This document shows, piece after piece, positions 1 to 14,144 of a DNA stretch of 64,000 bases. The stretch is from Octopus sinensis (Eukaryota). Under the pieces are notes generated by a model. That model had not been told where the DNA came from. It did no database searches and worked only from the letters and a program-made list of their open reading frames with translations. How positions within the stretch are numbered: the stretch's first letter is position 1; every line of letters begins with the position of its first letter. The stretch lies in assembly GCF_006345805.1 (NCBI RefSeq), contig NC_043012.1, positions 12,214,001-12,278,000 on the forward strand, read 5' to 3'. Both the position numbers and the translations under genes were made by a program.

Positions 1-24
1 TCTATCTATCTATCTTTTCTATCA

Positions 25-80
<56 letters not shown>

Positions 81-83
81 ATC

Positions 84-128
<45 letters not shown>

Positions 129-129
129 G

Positions 130-179
<50 letters not shown>

Positions 180-224
180 CATCCATCCATCCATCCATCC
201 ATCCATCCATCCATCCATCCATCC

Positions 225-284
<60 letters not shown>

Positions 285-316
285 GTCTGTCTGTCTGTCT
301 GTTCGTCTGTCTGTCT
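1..316. repeat. Compound (TCTA)n/(TCCA)n/(TCTG)n microsatellite
   Basis: Direct reading of tetranucleotide arrays. Confidence 0.97.
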
Positions 317-769
317 TTTTGTATTTCATGCTCTCATCTTCTTTGTTCATTTTTCTTTCAATTTTTCAATCTATTTAGATGTTTTCCTTTTTCCTCTGTA
401 GATTCTTCTATATCTAGTTTTCTCTCCTTTTCCCCCCTTCTTATCTTAAAAAGTCCTCAACAGTCCTTTATGGTTTTCCTGTAATTTTCTTTCATTTTTC
501 CTCTCTTCGTGCACTCATTCATTATTCTGCTTCCACATAAAGACTTTCCTCTTCGTTACATGCTGTTTTTTCTCTATCTCACGCTTATTTAAGTCGGGTC
601 ACATTGAGTGATCCGCGGTTGCGGTTCCTACCACACAAATATTGATCATGTTTATACATCAAACACACGCACACACACAACACACACACACACACCACAC
701 ACACACACCACACACACCACACACACACACACATACACTCACACACACACACGTGCACACACGTATATA

Positions 770-940
770 GGATGCGCTTCTTTCAGTTGCCGTCAACCAA
801 ATCCTCCCCCCCCACAAGGCTTTGGTTAACCTGGTTCTATAAGTGAAGACACTTGCCGAAGGTAGGGATCAGTGGACCTTAATCTGCAACCGTATGGGTG
901 GGAACCTAATTTCTTACCACGCAGCCACGCCTGCGCCAAC
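770..940 (-). mobile_element. tRNA-derived SINE, family B head half (gtggctgtgtggtaag...tagacggaaactgaaa type)
   Basis: Degenerate match to the copies at 9149, 34553 and 35401 (gaagacacttgcc.aagg, ttcttaccac.cagccac). Confidence 0.75.
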
Positions 941-990
941 ACAGCCATGCCTGCGCCAATACACCCACTCCTGCACCAACGCAGCCACTC

Positions 991-995
<5 letters not shown>
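921..995. repeat. 20-bp minisatellite x4 derived from the SINE head end
   Basis: gcagccacgcctgcgccaac / acagccatgcctgcgccaat / acacccactcctgcaccaac / gcagccactcctgta, period 20. Confidence 0.85.
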
Positions 996-1031
<36 letters not shown>

Positions 1032-2119
1032 CACATACATATACATCTATACACACACGCACGCTCACGCACATATATAAAAAGACAAATGTGAACACAG
1101 GTGCAGAACAAGGTGGAGAAGATTGCACTCGAATACAGGAGATAGAGTAAAACAATATTTATTTAAGCTATATATGTAGAACAATGCAATAATTTATAAG
1201 TATTTATACTTATCCATGCATTGTTCTAAATATTCAAGAATATATGATCGTAGGTACGTGGAACTCTGAGTAGCAGCTTGTGAAGTCTTTTGTCATTTCA
1301 GTCTTAATGAAATATTGCACACACATGCACACACACACACACAAACATTTATGTATCTATAAATTAAGGCAACGATATATTTTTAAATCGATAGATAAGT
1401 GTGTGGTTTGATGTGCGGAGCAATAAACGGGACAGATTGTTTGGTAGATGCATCGTTTGATCGTTTAAAGTTTACGAATGGAATTATTAAATGGTATATA
1501 CAAACGTATTGATTATATAAATAGAGAGATTCAACGATAGATACATGCAGAAATATATTATTAGAAATGTTTGACTGATGTTCTGATGAAGAAATAAACA
1601 TTTGATTATATGGAGAGATAAAAGAAGAGAGGTATAAAATCACGCACACACATATATATATACATACATACACACATACATATATAGATAGAGAGAGAGG
1701 GGAAGAGAGGGAGATAAACTGGGCGCTATGTAGAAAGATAGATAGACGTGCGAATGTCTATAGTTATGTTATTTCGTATGTCTGATCAGAATATAGAACG
1801 TAATGGAATTATTTACTGATGTTGTGAAGGTGCAACTTTAAGCATTTAGTAGAGTCAAATTTATTGATAATTTTGACGTATTTCATACTTCAAGTATCAT
1901 CTTATTGGCTTCAACAAAGCGAATTCCGAATCACCTTTTAGCTCAGCTGAAAACGATTGACCTCTGGTGCACTGTATAGAGTGTACAATTCGGTTGATGA
2001 ATTTCCCAACATTACATTTACCATCAGCAGTTAATGAAAGACTATGGTGAACGTGCACAAACGCATAGATACATACATTCATACATATACACATGCACAC
2101 ACACACACACACACACACA

Positions 2120-3363
2120 GGTTGGCAACTAAGATCCCGCCGTTTTTTAAATTTGAACTTTTTAAAAGGTTTAATAAAAAATAACAACTAATTAATCAAT
2201 AATGTATTCACCCTTGTTGTTTACAACTTCTTCCTAACGTTCAACAAGACTTCACTACCTTGTTGGTTGGTAGAAATCACCCGATTTCAACTCAAAAAAT
2301 TGATCCAACCAAGCTCTGAATTCTGCATCGGTATTGAACGAAACTCCGCATAGGATTTGAAAGAGATCGAAAACGGTGGAAATCCGTTGGCGCCAAATCA
2401 GGAGAGTACGACGGGTGTGGCAGCATTTCCCAGCCATGCGTTTGAATGGCTTTCTTGGTCATGTTGGCGATATGAGGGCGGGCGTTGTCGTGCAGCAGAA
2501 AAACCGCATGCTGCCGATTAGGTCTTTTCACTTGAATAGCCGTGTTGAGTCGGTCCATCTGTTGATCATAGTTCCGCATTGATTGTTTGGTTCCGTTCAA
2601 GCAATTCGTAATGGATAATCCCTTCCCAGTCTCACCATACGCACAACATCGTTTTACACGGATGAAGATCTTGTTTCACATGCAGTGTCACTTATTTACT
2701 GGGGCTAAGCCATTCTTTATGCTACTTCATATTGATGTACAGGCACCATTTTTCACCACCAGTAACGATTTGGTAAAGAAATTGTTGCTTGTGTCCATGA
2801 GTTGAGCAGTGATGAGCAAGCATACCAGCGGAGATTGTGGCTCGCTGATTTTTGTTGTTGTCACTTAAAGCATGCGGAACTCATGCCCCATACTTCTGAA
2901 CCTTTCCCATTGAGTGAAGATGCTTCTCTAGAGCAGTTCCCTTGTTGCTTGACAAGAATTTTCTTGCAAAAATTGGTTTAATCGCTCTTCATCGAACTCA
3001 AATGGACGGCCAGAACGAGGTGCGTCTTTGAGTTGAACATTTCCATTTTTAACTTGGCATTCCAATCACGAGCGGTTCTGTCAGCTATGGCACCCTCTCC
3101 ATACACAGCACAAATGTGTCGAGCAGCTTTTGCGGCCTTAGAACCTTGATTAAAAGCAAAAAGAAGGAGGTGTCGAAAATGCTCATTTTTCTTAACTTGA
3201 CATTCCATTTTAATGATCTGAAAATAAACAAAAATTAACTAAAATTAACTAGAAAAAAAAACAAAAAAAAAAACAGATCCCAAAATGATTCAAAAATAGA
3301 ATTCTCAAAAAAAAAAAAGATTCCAAAATTTAAAAAACGACGGGAACTTAGTTGCCAACCCAA
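2120..3363 (-). mobile_element. Mariner (DD34D) DNA transposon, near full length, decayed
   Basis: TIRs ggttggcaactaagatcccgccgtttttt (2120) and aaaaaacgacgggaacttagttgccaacccaa+TA (3363). Transposase pieces MECQVKKNEHFRHLLLFAFNQG..., LLHDNARPH, YSPDLAPTDFH. Confidence 0.95.
2256..3208 (-). pseudogene. Frameshifted mariner transposase
   Basis: Split over ORFs 2978-3208, 2292-2600 and 2255-2437. First catalytic Asp reads TGGEKW (D->G). 28-bp internal deletion relative to the 40-kb copy. Confidence 0.9.
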
Positions 3364-4221
3364 TACATATGTATATATATTTATATCTATATCTGCTCCA
3401 TTAATATCAGCTTGTCTAGGGTTGCTGTTTCAAGGACAGCGCAGGCGGTAGACATTCATTCAGATCTGGGCAAATTATTAGAATAAATTTTGCATAGGAT
3501 TATGATGAGTATTAGAGGAAAGGCAAAAATTATGGAAATAAAGGTAACCCATTAATGATATGTTGAAGTAGCAAATGACCGAAGTGGAACTCTCACAACT
3601 GGAGGCGAAAATAGAAAATGGCTTCGTTGTACAATCGAAGATGTCTCACTACTTGTACATTATTGATTAAGTCAGAGCTATTTTGTTTTCCAAGTCGCTC
3701 TATTTCCATCGTTATTTTCTTTACTTACGTATTTATTTATTTATTACCGTATCATACAGCCGACGCATACTTCAGCGCTTCAAAATAATAGAATAATTAA
3801 TGTTTTTACTAGCCACAAGGGCTTACATAAAACAACATTAAAGGACATGAAACAACATATAAGATAACACAAGACGAGACATCAAAATAATACAATAATA
3901 ATAACAATATTATTAAATAAGGAGCAATAAAAAAAGAACGTGCTTTATTTTTTATAAATACAAATTTTTGTATTATACAAAAATATCTTTAAAGAATGTT
4001 AAGAAGAGAATTAATCGAGTGGGGTGCTGAAATGTTCCTCGTTTTAATGGTATCGCGAAAGGTTTGGTTGGAGGGCACAGCATACCGGGTTCGTTTACGG
4101 GGCTGAGAAAACCTGATGGACCGCTGCAATAAGTGTATGAATCTGAGAGGGGAATAAATTGAATAAAATCAAAATTAACTGATCTTCCTCTATTTTGCTG
4201 ATCTTATATATACACACACAC

Positions 4222-4259
<38 letters not shown>

Positions 4260-4371
4260 CACGTGATCACGTGACCGACCAGACCATCAGATGTTGTTAC
4301 ACATCGCTGGTCACAATGCGTTCGCCAATATATATATATATATATATATTTTATTTTTAATTTTTTTATTT

Positions 4372-4417
4372 TATCTAGTTTCAGCTCACGAGCAGTGGCC
4401 ATGCTGGGGCACCGCCA
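4372..4417 (-). mobile_element. SINE 3' tail fragment
   Basis: tttcagctcacgagcagtggccatgctggggcaccgcc resembles the gcggtgctccagcatggccgcag tail of family B. Confidence 0.6.
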
Positions 4418-4549
4418 TTTATATATATATGTATATATGTATATATAAGATCAACAAAATTTAGATTCACATGAATATGGTACTTAAGTCAAAGGCACCA
4501 TAATTTTGTATGGTATTATCCATATCGGATATACTTGTTGCTTATTTTG

Positions 4550-4605
<56 letters not shown>

Positions 4606-5472
4606 CGTAAATATGTATATGCATATATATGTTCATATGTATGTATGTACATACGTGTAGGAATGGAAAATTGGAGAATATAAAATTTTGCTGTTATTTA
4701 GATTATAAATATTGGCATGAATGCTAAAAAAAAATAAGGAGAGTGACGTAAATCTTGAATGAGTGACATATTGTTATAAGTCATACAAAAGTGTAACCTC
4801 GGAACTTCTCACTCCAGGTGCTTTGACATCAGTAATGCCAACAAGAAAGTTCGCATTTTGCTTGATCTCTGACGATGTAACACAAATTAACTCCCATCAT
4901 TGGATTCCGCCATATCTTATTTAATTTCACAGCTCTTACTCCCAAACCAGTCTCTCATAATCTCTCTACGATTTACTGTAGTCTCCTCAATCTCACTCTT
5001 ACGTATTTCTCTACCCTCCTCTGACCTTGCATCGCTTTCTCTGTTCGGCTTTGTTTCTCTGACAGCAGCTCAGCTACCGAATGACTTTCTATATTGTATA
5101 TGGCTATTTATTAACAACGAACATGTCATGTCAGACATATTATCAGCTTGAATATAGTTGTTGAAGATATTGTTTATGTTTCCGAACATTGATGCCATTC
5201 TGATAAGGTTTATCCATCATTATTGCCGTAATCTCTTCAATACTTTTCACGCGTAATATATATTCAACCTTTCAATTCATCTAAACTAGATATTAGTCCC
5301 AAGACGCCGTCCATTTTGCATTTAGTGTCTTTCCAATAAATATACTGACATATTTCAGATTTTGTTTTTGCCTTTTAACTTGCTATCTGTTTATTATATA
5401 TGTATAGGATTTCATAAATTTTAGTTTAGAAATGGATATTGTTAACGTTTGTGAATATCATTATTTTTCTCT

Positions 5473-5553
<81 letters not shown>

Positions 5554-5681
5554 GATCGATCGATCGATCTGTGTGTGCGTCTGTCTGCCTGCCTGCCTTC
5601 CCTCCTGTCTATCTGTCTATCTATTCATCTCTCTGTCTGTCTGTTTGTTTCTCTCTGTCTCTCTGTCTATCTCTCTCTCTA

Positions 5682-5730
<49 letters not shown>

Positions 5731-5783
5731 GTCTGTCTGTCTACATGTCTACATGTCTATCTATCTATCTGTCTGTCTACATG

Positions 5784-5835
<52 letters not shown>

Positions 5836-5840
5836 CCCCT
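5473..5840. repeat. (TCTA)n/(TCTG)n/(ATCG)n microsatellite cluster
   Basis: Direct reading; source of the spurious LSIY-repeat ORFs. Confidence 0.95.
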
Positions 5841-6448
5841 CTATTTATCTGTCCGGCTTCCTGTCAGTCTACCTGACTGTCTGTCTGTCTCTATGTATTT
5901 ATGTATATATGTATGTATCTCTCCTTTTGTCTATCTGTCCGTCTGTCCATCTGTCTATCTGTCTCTCTCCCTCTCTCTCCCTCTCTTTCCCTTCCTTCTT
6001 CTCTGCTCATATCTGTCTGTCTAAGTTTATGTTTCTCTGTCATACAATAGATTTATTCATCCATCGATCTTAGTACCAAATGATGATGTTATTATTACAG
6101 TAATCCTGTGTCACATAAACACAAGATTACAAGAAGCAGAAGCTGATTGAATTGACCCTATTTAATTCCTAGCATGCATTTTAACAATTCCGGAAATATG
6201 AAACGCATAGTCGATTCAGACGCGATGAATTTCATCAGTAAATGAACATAGTTCAGTATAGGAAAACATTTAACCTGAGGCATATTTGACAAACCACCTA
6301 TTTTATTATAATGGCTTCATTTATAACAACAACAACGATGATGGTGATGATGATAATAAAGATGACGATGATGATGATGATGATGATGATGATGATAATA
6401 ATAATAATAATAATAATAATAATATAATAATAATAATAATAATAATAA

Positions 6449-6900
6449 TGTGTGTTTATTAATTGACATGAGTATTCCTTGCGATCACAATATAGCGGCG
6501 GAAGAATTTGACAAGATCAGTAAATATAAAGACTTGCTAATAGAAATTGAAAAATGTGGCATCTCAAGGCGACTACAGTAACAATGATTGTAGGATCCAT
6601 AGGAAAAATTTTTTTAAATGTACTGAAACCTATTTGAAAATGATATCAGGCTTACCATCCCTACATGAAGTGCAAAATTGTGTTAACTGGAACGACTCAT
6701 GTACTGAGAAGAGTCTTATCGCTGTGAAAACAACATCCATTCATGAATTTATTAATTTATTAATTTTTTTAAATACATATTTTACCTGTGAATTTTTTCG
6801 TGTGTAATCTAGGAATGCATACGATGAGCTTCTAGGTGTACGGAAAGCACTTTGAAGAAAGAATTTGAAGAAAGAAGGGAAATATAATAAAAAAAAAAAA
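6449..6900 (+). mobile_element. 5'-truncated R4/Dong-clade non-LTR retrotransposon 3' end (restriction-like endonuclease)
   Basis: Frameshift-corrected translation NVCLLIDMSIPCDHNIAAEEFDKISKYKDLLIEIEKMWHLKATTVTMIVGSIG...TYLKMISGLPSLHEVQ.IVLTGTTHVLRRVLSL* (D..P...E..K..KY RLE motif). A-tail at about 6889-6902. (TAA)n on both flanks. Confidence 0.8.
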
Positions 6901-6901
6901 A

Positions 6902-6933
<32 letters not shown>

Positions 6934-7313
6934 TGCTTTCTTATCGACGTATCAATACTAACAGATGACAATGTTTCTCTAAAAGAAATGGATAAACTTT
7001 CAAAATACTGGAAATAGAGGTAATTCGAATGTAGAGTCTAAAAACAAAAATAATTCCTATCATATTAGTCGCATTAGGTATGATAAAAAAATATTCAGAT
7101 AAATATATAACAAAAACCAGAGGACTAACAGTTATATATAACATACAGAAAATACACTACTAGGTACCGCACACATTCTACTTAAAACAATTTCTATAAC
7201 GTGTAGAGAAGAGCGTCACGACAAAGGCACATAGATCTGCGTTCTGTAGTGCAGTGAAAACACGTGGTAAAAGTAAGACTACTAAATAATAATAATAATA
7301 ATGATAATAATAA

Positions 7314-7506
7314 TGGTTTCAAATTTTAGCACAATGCCTGCAGGTTTTTGAGGGGAGGATCAAATCAATTACGTCGATCCCAGTACTTTATGAGTACATG
7401 ATTTTATCGAATACAAAGGATGAAAAGTATACCCGACTTCGGCGAAATTAGAACTCATAAAAGGCTGCTAAGCATTGTGTCCAACATGCTAATAATTCTG
7501 CTAGAG
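7314..7506 (-). mobile_element. tRNA-derived SINE, family C (ggcgagctggcagaaacgttagc type), degenerate
   Basis: Similar to the clean copy at 38689-38914 (gtcgatcccagtac, ggatgaaa.g, gaactc, gctaagcatt). Confidence 0.65.
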
Positions 7507-7851
7507 AAGCGATGTAATCTTTCATCAAACACGATATAGAGCAATGATCTGGCTACATTGTCTGAAAATGAGATCAAAGTAACTGTTCCATATAATGAAA
7601 TCCAAACCAGACAGGGGAAAACATCGGAAAACTATAAAATATATGAACGTTGAAGTGAATAAATGTAACAGATGGAGCAGAAGCACTCATAACACAAGAG
7701 TAAAAACAATAATCCTAGATAGACATCATCATGGCTGACCTAATGTCCGACTATCACATATACAAGGATAATAGCAGTAATAGAAGTGTAGAATCGCAGC
7801 TATGGAGATCGCTGGAAAAGTATTCAAATGGTGCATGGGATTAATGTAAAA

Positions 7852-7889
<38 letters not shown>

Positions 7890-7951
7890 GATTAGATAAA
7901 GAATTTATTAGTATAACCATTATCATCTTTTGTTCCATCTCATCCCTTCTC

Positions 7952-8050
<99 letters not shown>

Positions 8051-8176
8051 TATATCTAAATTTATGTGTGTATATATATATATGTGTACAGGGCAAGTAA
8101 CACCAAGAACGACCATTCAGCAGTTGTTGACTGTCTATCTACTCCTTATTTCGAACATTGAACGGCAATATGAACC

Positions 8177-8277
<101 letters not shown>

Positions 8278-8490
8278 TACACATGTATGCGTGCATATAT
8301 TTGTTTACTTGCACATAAAATGTGTGATTAACAAAATAATATTGATCCCTTACCATAATTTTGTTTATGGGAAACAGATGATAGCAAATTACAAACGTAC
8401 ACATAGGCCTACATCTCTCCGTCTCCGTCTGTCTGTGTTTCTCCCTTTCTCTCCCTCTCTCCTTCTCTCTCCTCAACTGATATATATATA

Positions 8491-8553
<63 letters not shown>

Positions 8554-9148
8554 ATTGTTATACAGCGCGTGAGAGTAATAGAGAGATACGCACGTACCGA
8601 CATATTTACATACATATACATAAAACTCGAGAAATGCTAAAGAAAAACGCGAAACAAAACCTAAAAATACTTGAAAGGAACTGTTTTTCTCATCTCCGTT
8701 ATTAATGTAAATTGATCTATTCTGTGAATAGTCCTTTTCATCGTTACTCAATGAATCCACATCTTCTAGCAGATAATAGCAGACTATCTCTGATTCTATC
8801 ACTTATTCACAGACGTATATTCCAACAACTATGTATAATCCCATTTCTATCTATAATGCTTTAGAGAACATTGCCTGCATACATTCTCATTTCTCATATG
8901 TTTGGCTGAATCAGCGAATTTAAGAGTTTCGTGGTCAATGAAGAATAAACGAAATATACTTGTGATAAATAAATAAACATATCGCTACAATTACAGACAC
9001 ACACACACAAATATACTCACCCACACACACACAGACACGCTCATACACACATACATTTACACAAGACCTTAAATACAAACACTCATACGCACTCACGTGT
9101 ATATAGAAGCAAACGCAGGTATATATACATGGACATATTAATATCAAA

Positions 9149-9250
9149 GTGGCACCTTGGGCAAGTGTCTTCTACTATAGCCTCGGGCCGACCAAAGCCT
9201 TGTGAGTGGATTTGGTAGACGGAAACTGAAATAAACCTGTCGTATATATG

Positions 9251-9319
<69 letters not shown>

Positions 9320-9520
9320 TTGTGCCTGCGTTTGTTCCCCCAACATCGCTTGACAACGGAATGGTGGTGTGTTTACGTCCCCGTAACTTAGCGGTTCGGC
9401 AAAAGAGACCGATAGAATAAGTACTAGTCTTCTAAAGAATAAGTCCCGGGGTCGAGTTGCTCGACTAAAATGCGATGCTCCAGGATGGCCACAGCCAAAT
9501 GACTGAAACAAGTAAAAGAG
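9149..9520 (+). mobile_element. SINE family B, 5'-truncated, with internal (TA)n(TG)n
   Basis: ggcaccttgggcaagtgtcttctactatagcctcgggccgacc...ggtagacggaaactga-(TA)(TG)n-...gtccccgtaacttagcggttcggcaaaagagaccgatagaataag...gactgaaacaagtaaaagag. Confidence 0.9.
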
Positions 9521-9529
9521 TATGTGAAG

Positions 9530-9700
9530 CTGAAACAATTGTTAGTACGCCGGACAAAAAGCTTAGAACTATTTCGTTCGTCTTTATGTTCAAAGTTTAA
9601 ATTCTGCCGAGATATACTTTGCCGTTCATCCGTTCAGAGATCAGTAAAGCACTGGGGTCGATGTAAACGATTAATCATGCTTTTTAAAACTTGATTCTTA
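9530..9700 (+). mobile_element. SINE family C fragment
   Basis: gttagtacgccggacaaaaagcttag...ttcaaagtttaaattctgccgag...gcactggggtcgatgtaa. Confidence 0.65.
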
Positions 9701-9799
9701 TTCTATTTTGCCGAACCGTACAGTTATGGTGAAGTAAACACAAGAAAACCAGTCGTCAAGCGGTGAATATATATATATATATATATGCATGCATAATAC

Positions 9800-9967
9800 A
9801 TACATACACATGACAAGCTTCTTTTAATTTCCCTGTACCAAATCCCTTCTCATGGCTCTGGTCGGCGCTAAGCAGGAGATACTTGCCCAAGATGCCACGC
9901 AGTAGGAATGAATCCAGGACCATATGATTGGGAATCAAAATTCTTTACACACCACCCCGCCTGAGCC
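9800..9967 (-). mobile_element. SINE family B head half
   Basis: ccaaatccct...ggtcggcgc...gatacttgcccaagatgccacgcagtagga.tgaa...cttta-cacaccacc.cgcctg. Confidence 0.7.
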
Positions 9968-11182
9968 TATTAATATAGATATGTATGCTTATGTATGAAT
10001 AAACACACATAAATGCTCACACAGATAGTCTTGTGTAATTGATCGTAAACAGAGATTTGACGAAAAAAAATAAAGCATTCAGTCATCCCAAAACCACTCT
10101 CTCCTGGACGCGCACACACACAAAAGTAAATGTGTGTGTGTGTGTGTGTGTGTGCGTGCGCGCGCGCGTGTGTTTATAGCCGAACGGTAAATGGAACGAA
10201 TTATGTACTATATCGCATTGCGGGATAAGAAAACCAGTGCTTGGATTTGACAGTACACGAGAGTCAAGGACATTAAAACAACAATAAACGAGAACAAATG
10301 TGAGATGGCCATATCACGTGATTGACATACAATTTAATAATACATCACATGTGATCTTCTACTGTATTCGAAGATGGAGCGTAAGAAAAAGATGGTGCTT
10401 AGACAAAAATATATTTTCATTGGTCTAAAATATGGAATTCTCAGTATTCATTTCTTCGGATCCTATGCACACAGAAAGATCAAATCATAACTGTTTTAAG
10501 GAAATCACTAATAAAAATATACAGACGTGACAATCATGGATGGAACGGCTATGATCACAGCACTAGAGTGAAACAAGTTAGATGCAACAAGCATAGATAC
10601 ATACATAGTATTATCACAATGACAAACAGATGTATGAATACTTTTCTCTTTTATCGAAGATACGGAATAGTGAGAAAGAAAACCCCTAACTGGTCTTTCG
10701 AGGTGCGAGTAATACCAGTCAAAATTTATCGCTGATTCATATCCATCTACACCTGCAATGACTTTGGTAGTAGGTTTGCACCATAAATCTCGAACTGGGT
10801 CAGAGCCATGATAATAAAAAATTATAAACGTTATCGGTTCTTATGAAACATGAAATGTGCCATTTTGCACGAAAATCTCTAATCGGAGCCCCGATGTTTT
10901 CAAATCTTTATTGAAATATATATTCTGCAGAGAATGTGTAAGAGTGAGGATAATTAAAAATAGCGTGAGATATGTTACCTCGAGACCATTTCTTTCTTAT
11001 TAAATGTGACAAGTTTACTAACAATAATTGATAAGTGAACAACCATTGCATTGACGATATATAATGTAAAATAGTCCCAGGAAACTGTGTTATACACATA
11101 GATATATGTACATGACTTTATACACGCAGACACACATAAACACATGTACATTCACACACATACACATGTACATATGAGTATG

Positions 11183-11223
<41 letters not shown>

Positions 11224-11279
11224 TATATATATGTATATGTATACACAGTTTATTAAAAACGACTATGTTCTAATTAAAA

Positions 11280-11314
<35 letters not shown>

Positions 11315-11458
11315 ATATATATTATATATATATATATAATATGCATGCATACATATATGCAAATTATATCCCTATTAGTATGCCTCGGCATGTCTGTATG
11401 TTTCTGCTTGCATGTTTGTGTGTGTGTGTGTGGTGTGTGTGTGTGTTGTGTGTGTGTG

Positions 11459-11493
<35 letters not shown>

Positions 11494-13036
11494 TGTGTGT
11501 GTGTGCCGTTAAATCAACTTTTCACAAACTTGTACCGTCTGGTATTTGTTTGAATTTTTCATAAGATGCATTTTTCGTAAAAATTACATTTTATGCATTT
11601 ATTCTTTTGAAATAATCAATGGATTGAATAATTCATTTCTTTCCTTATTTATATTTATTTATTTATTCCTCTATTTCATATATTTAATAGATCGATAAAT
11701 TTCTGTGTTAAAGGAGTACTCTTTCTAGGAATGATTTTTATATTTTTGATACAATCCTTTTATTTTTTTAAATTCTCGCTGCCATCTTTTTCGCCCTACC
11801 CATTTCATTCACTCTCTCCCCCTCTCCATTTCTCTTTCCCTTTCTCTTGAGCATTGAATTACAATTACAGATTTGCAGAATTATAATTACATGCTTGTAA
11901 TAGTATTTCTAGATTTATACTGAAATTGAAATTAAATATAGAGAAAATCTCTTTCTTCCCATTAAAAACATGAAATCAATTTGAAGCTGCCTCATCACCA
12001 AAGATAAAAGAAAAGGATTTCTTGTTTATCTTTAAATTCCTTGTTTTTAACTATTTCCTTTGTGTTATTGTGCATAATTTCAACGTGGTTTTCATAGGAA
12101 CTCATATACTTTATGCATTGCAAAATTAAGCAATTTTTACCATAATTTTAAATAAAATTCTGGGTCGATGTTGATCAAAACTGTAGATTAAATTTCAGCC
12201 CCAAAACAAAGAAACGATTTCATGTCTTATTTGCGGTGAAACCTGCTGCTAATTGCTGAAACGTAGAATGCTCCAAGGCAATTAGGAGCTCTCGTTGTTG
12301 CAGTCCACCCACCTGTAAATTGCTTTCATTTTATAGAAAAAATCCGTGACAATAACTAACTTGGGTATTAATTGTCAAATGGTCAGACCATTGCTATTAG
12401 CTTGCGGATGACGGAAACAAAACTGAACAAAGACACCCACATACGCCTCTTTTCCTTCTATCGGTTTCTTACAGACACCGGCAAAAATACTTGTGCGCTA
12501 GTACGCTTTCCTCCGAATCTTTGCAAAAATACTACGAGTCTCAGTGATCAAAAGGACTGGAGCAGACCATGAACTAGATTCTCAGCATGCGACATATAAC
12601 ATGCGAGGCATGTGCCTGAATACCTACTTTATGGGGATACCGAGCGCCATAATTTTGCTTTGATCATTAAGCATTTAAGGGAAATGCTTGCTTAACTGAT
12701 AACTAAATGTAAATAAATATATTATCCGATTGCTTTACTTCGTCTTCGTATTTGAGACTCGGGCAGATTTTGAGGAGAGAACACAAATCACTAAAGAGGT
12801 GGCAATTAGCAACGAAAGGCCTTTGACTAACAAACAACTGACTGATTGCTTAATAGGCACATTAAGCAAACGATCGATACGTTAGTTGGTTAGATATTTA
12901 GCTAATTGATTAACAATAAAGAAGTGCTTTGAATCAGTGTGAGTGTTACTATTATTGGCCTTATGACCCTCCCAACACACAACACAACTGTTATATTATT
13001 TTCTATATTTTTTGTTTCAACCCATCGTTTAATTAA

Positions 13037-13081
13037 TTAACTGATTAATTAATACCTTTCTTTTATTATTTTCAGGTAAGT
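13037..13081 (+). promoter_or_regulatory. Candidate recursive splice site (branch point, polypyrimidine tract, CAG|GTAAGT)
   Basis: aactgat(13041-45 CTRAY)...acctttcttttattattttCAG|GTAAGT, junction 13075/13076. Confidence 0.55.
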
Positions 13082-13346
13082 GTATGGCTTTCTTCATAAA
13101 TAATGATATATTGAGTTGAGACATCTATTGGCTATGTGCTTTTACATTGAACCTTGGATAACTATTTTGGTAAGCAAGGCATTTTCCCATTTCATCTTTT
13201 AACATTTTCCTCATTGTCTCTTTACCCGAGGAAAAAATAAGTTTAACAATTCATGTAAATCTTTTACACTTTAAATATCTCTGTTTCACTCTCACTTTAT
13301 TTCCTTCTCTCTCTCCATAGAGACACGCACACATACACACACACTG

Positions 13347-13377
<31 letters not shown>

Positions 13378-13774
13378 ATCTTTTTATGATTTAGTTATAT
13401 TGATCTGGGCAACCAAATAGCAATGCTCTGACAATTTGAGTCCCGTGTTAGTTATTGTCACGGATGTTTGCTATTAAATGAAATCAATTTACAGCTAAGA
13501 GGACTGAGGCATCGAGAGCTGTTAATTGCCTTGGAGCACTATGCGGCCATGCTGGAGTACCACATTGAAATGTTTGGTGGAATATATCGATCCGATATTT
13601 AGTTTTTTATTTTCGTACATATTCAAATCTGTATCGTTTTCCAAAACGCTATGCTCGACGGTAACCTAAACAAGCCCACATCGTTGGTCAATCGGTGGGT
13701 TGGGACAAACACAGACACAAAGATTTAGATATAAATATACGCGTGTATACACACACACACACACACACACACAT

Positions 13775-13809
<35 letters not shown>

Positions 13810-14144
13810 AATGAACGAATGAATGGAGTCTAAAGTAAAATGGAGTACGATTCGACAGCTTTTTAATGACCACTACACATGTTTCAATACAACATAGATC
13901 CACATATATACAGGATTAAGATTTAAATTAAGTAACGGTTTACCTGTATAAAAGGACGTAGTTGTATCTCCTCACGTGATATAAAATATCGTTGTCTCTG
14001 TAAGTAAATGTTTGATTTCAATGCTATCACAGCCAGCAGGCTCCTTTGAATCTAGCAGACATTGGCGGTTTCTATCCTCTCGCCGTGAGCGTGCCCCAAA
14101 ACTATCGTAAGGTTTTGTGATACTGATTTTCCTTGGATTGTAAT

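Noticed and set aside
3380-3660. Possible RTE 3' tail remnant
   Set aside because: Only a short ENRKWLR-like motif; too decayed to support.
5432-6073. Long ORFs such as the 213-aa LSIY-repeat ORF (also 30471-31238, 47198-47621, 58149-58436)
   Set aside because: Translations of (TCTA)n/(TA)n/(CA)n repeats that lack stop codons; no domain content.
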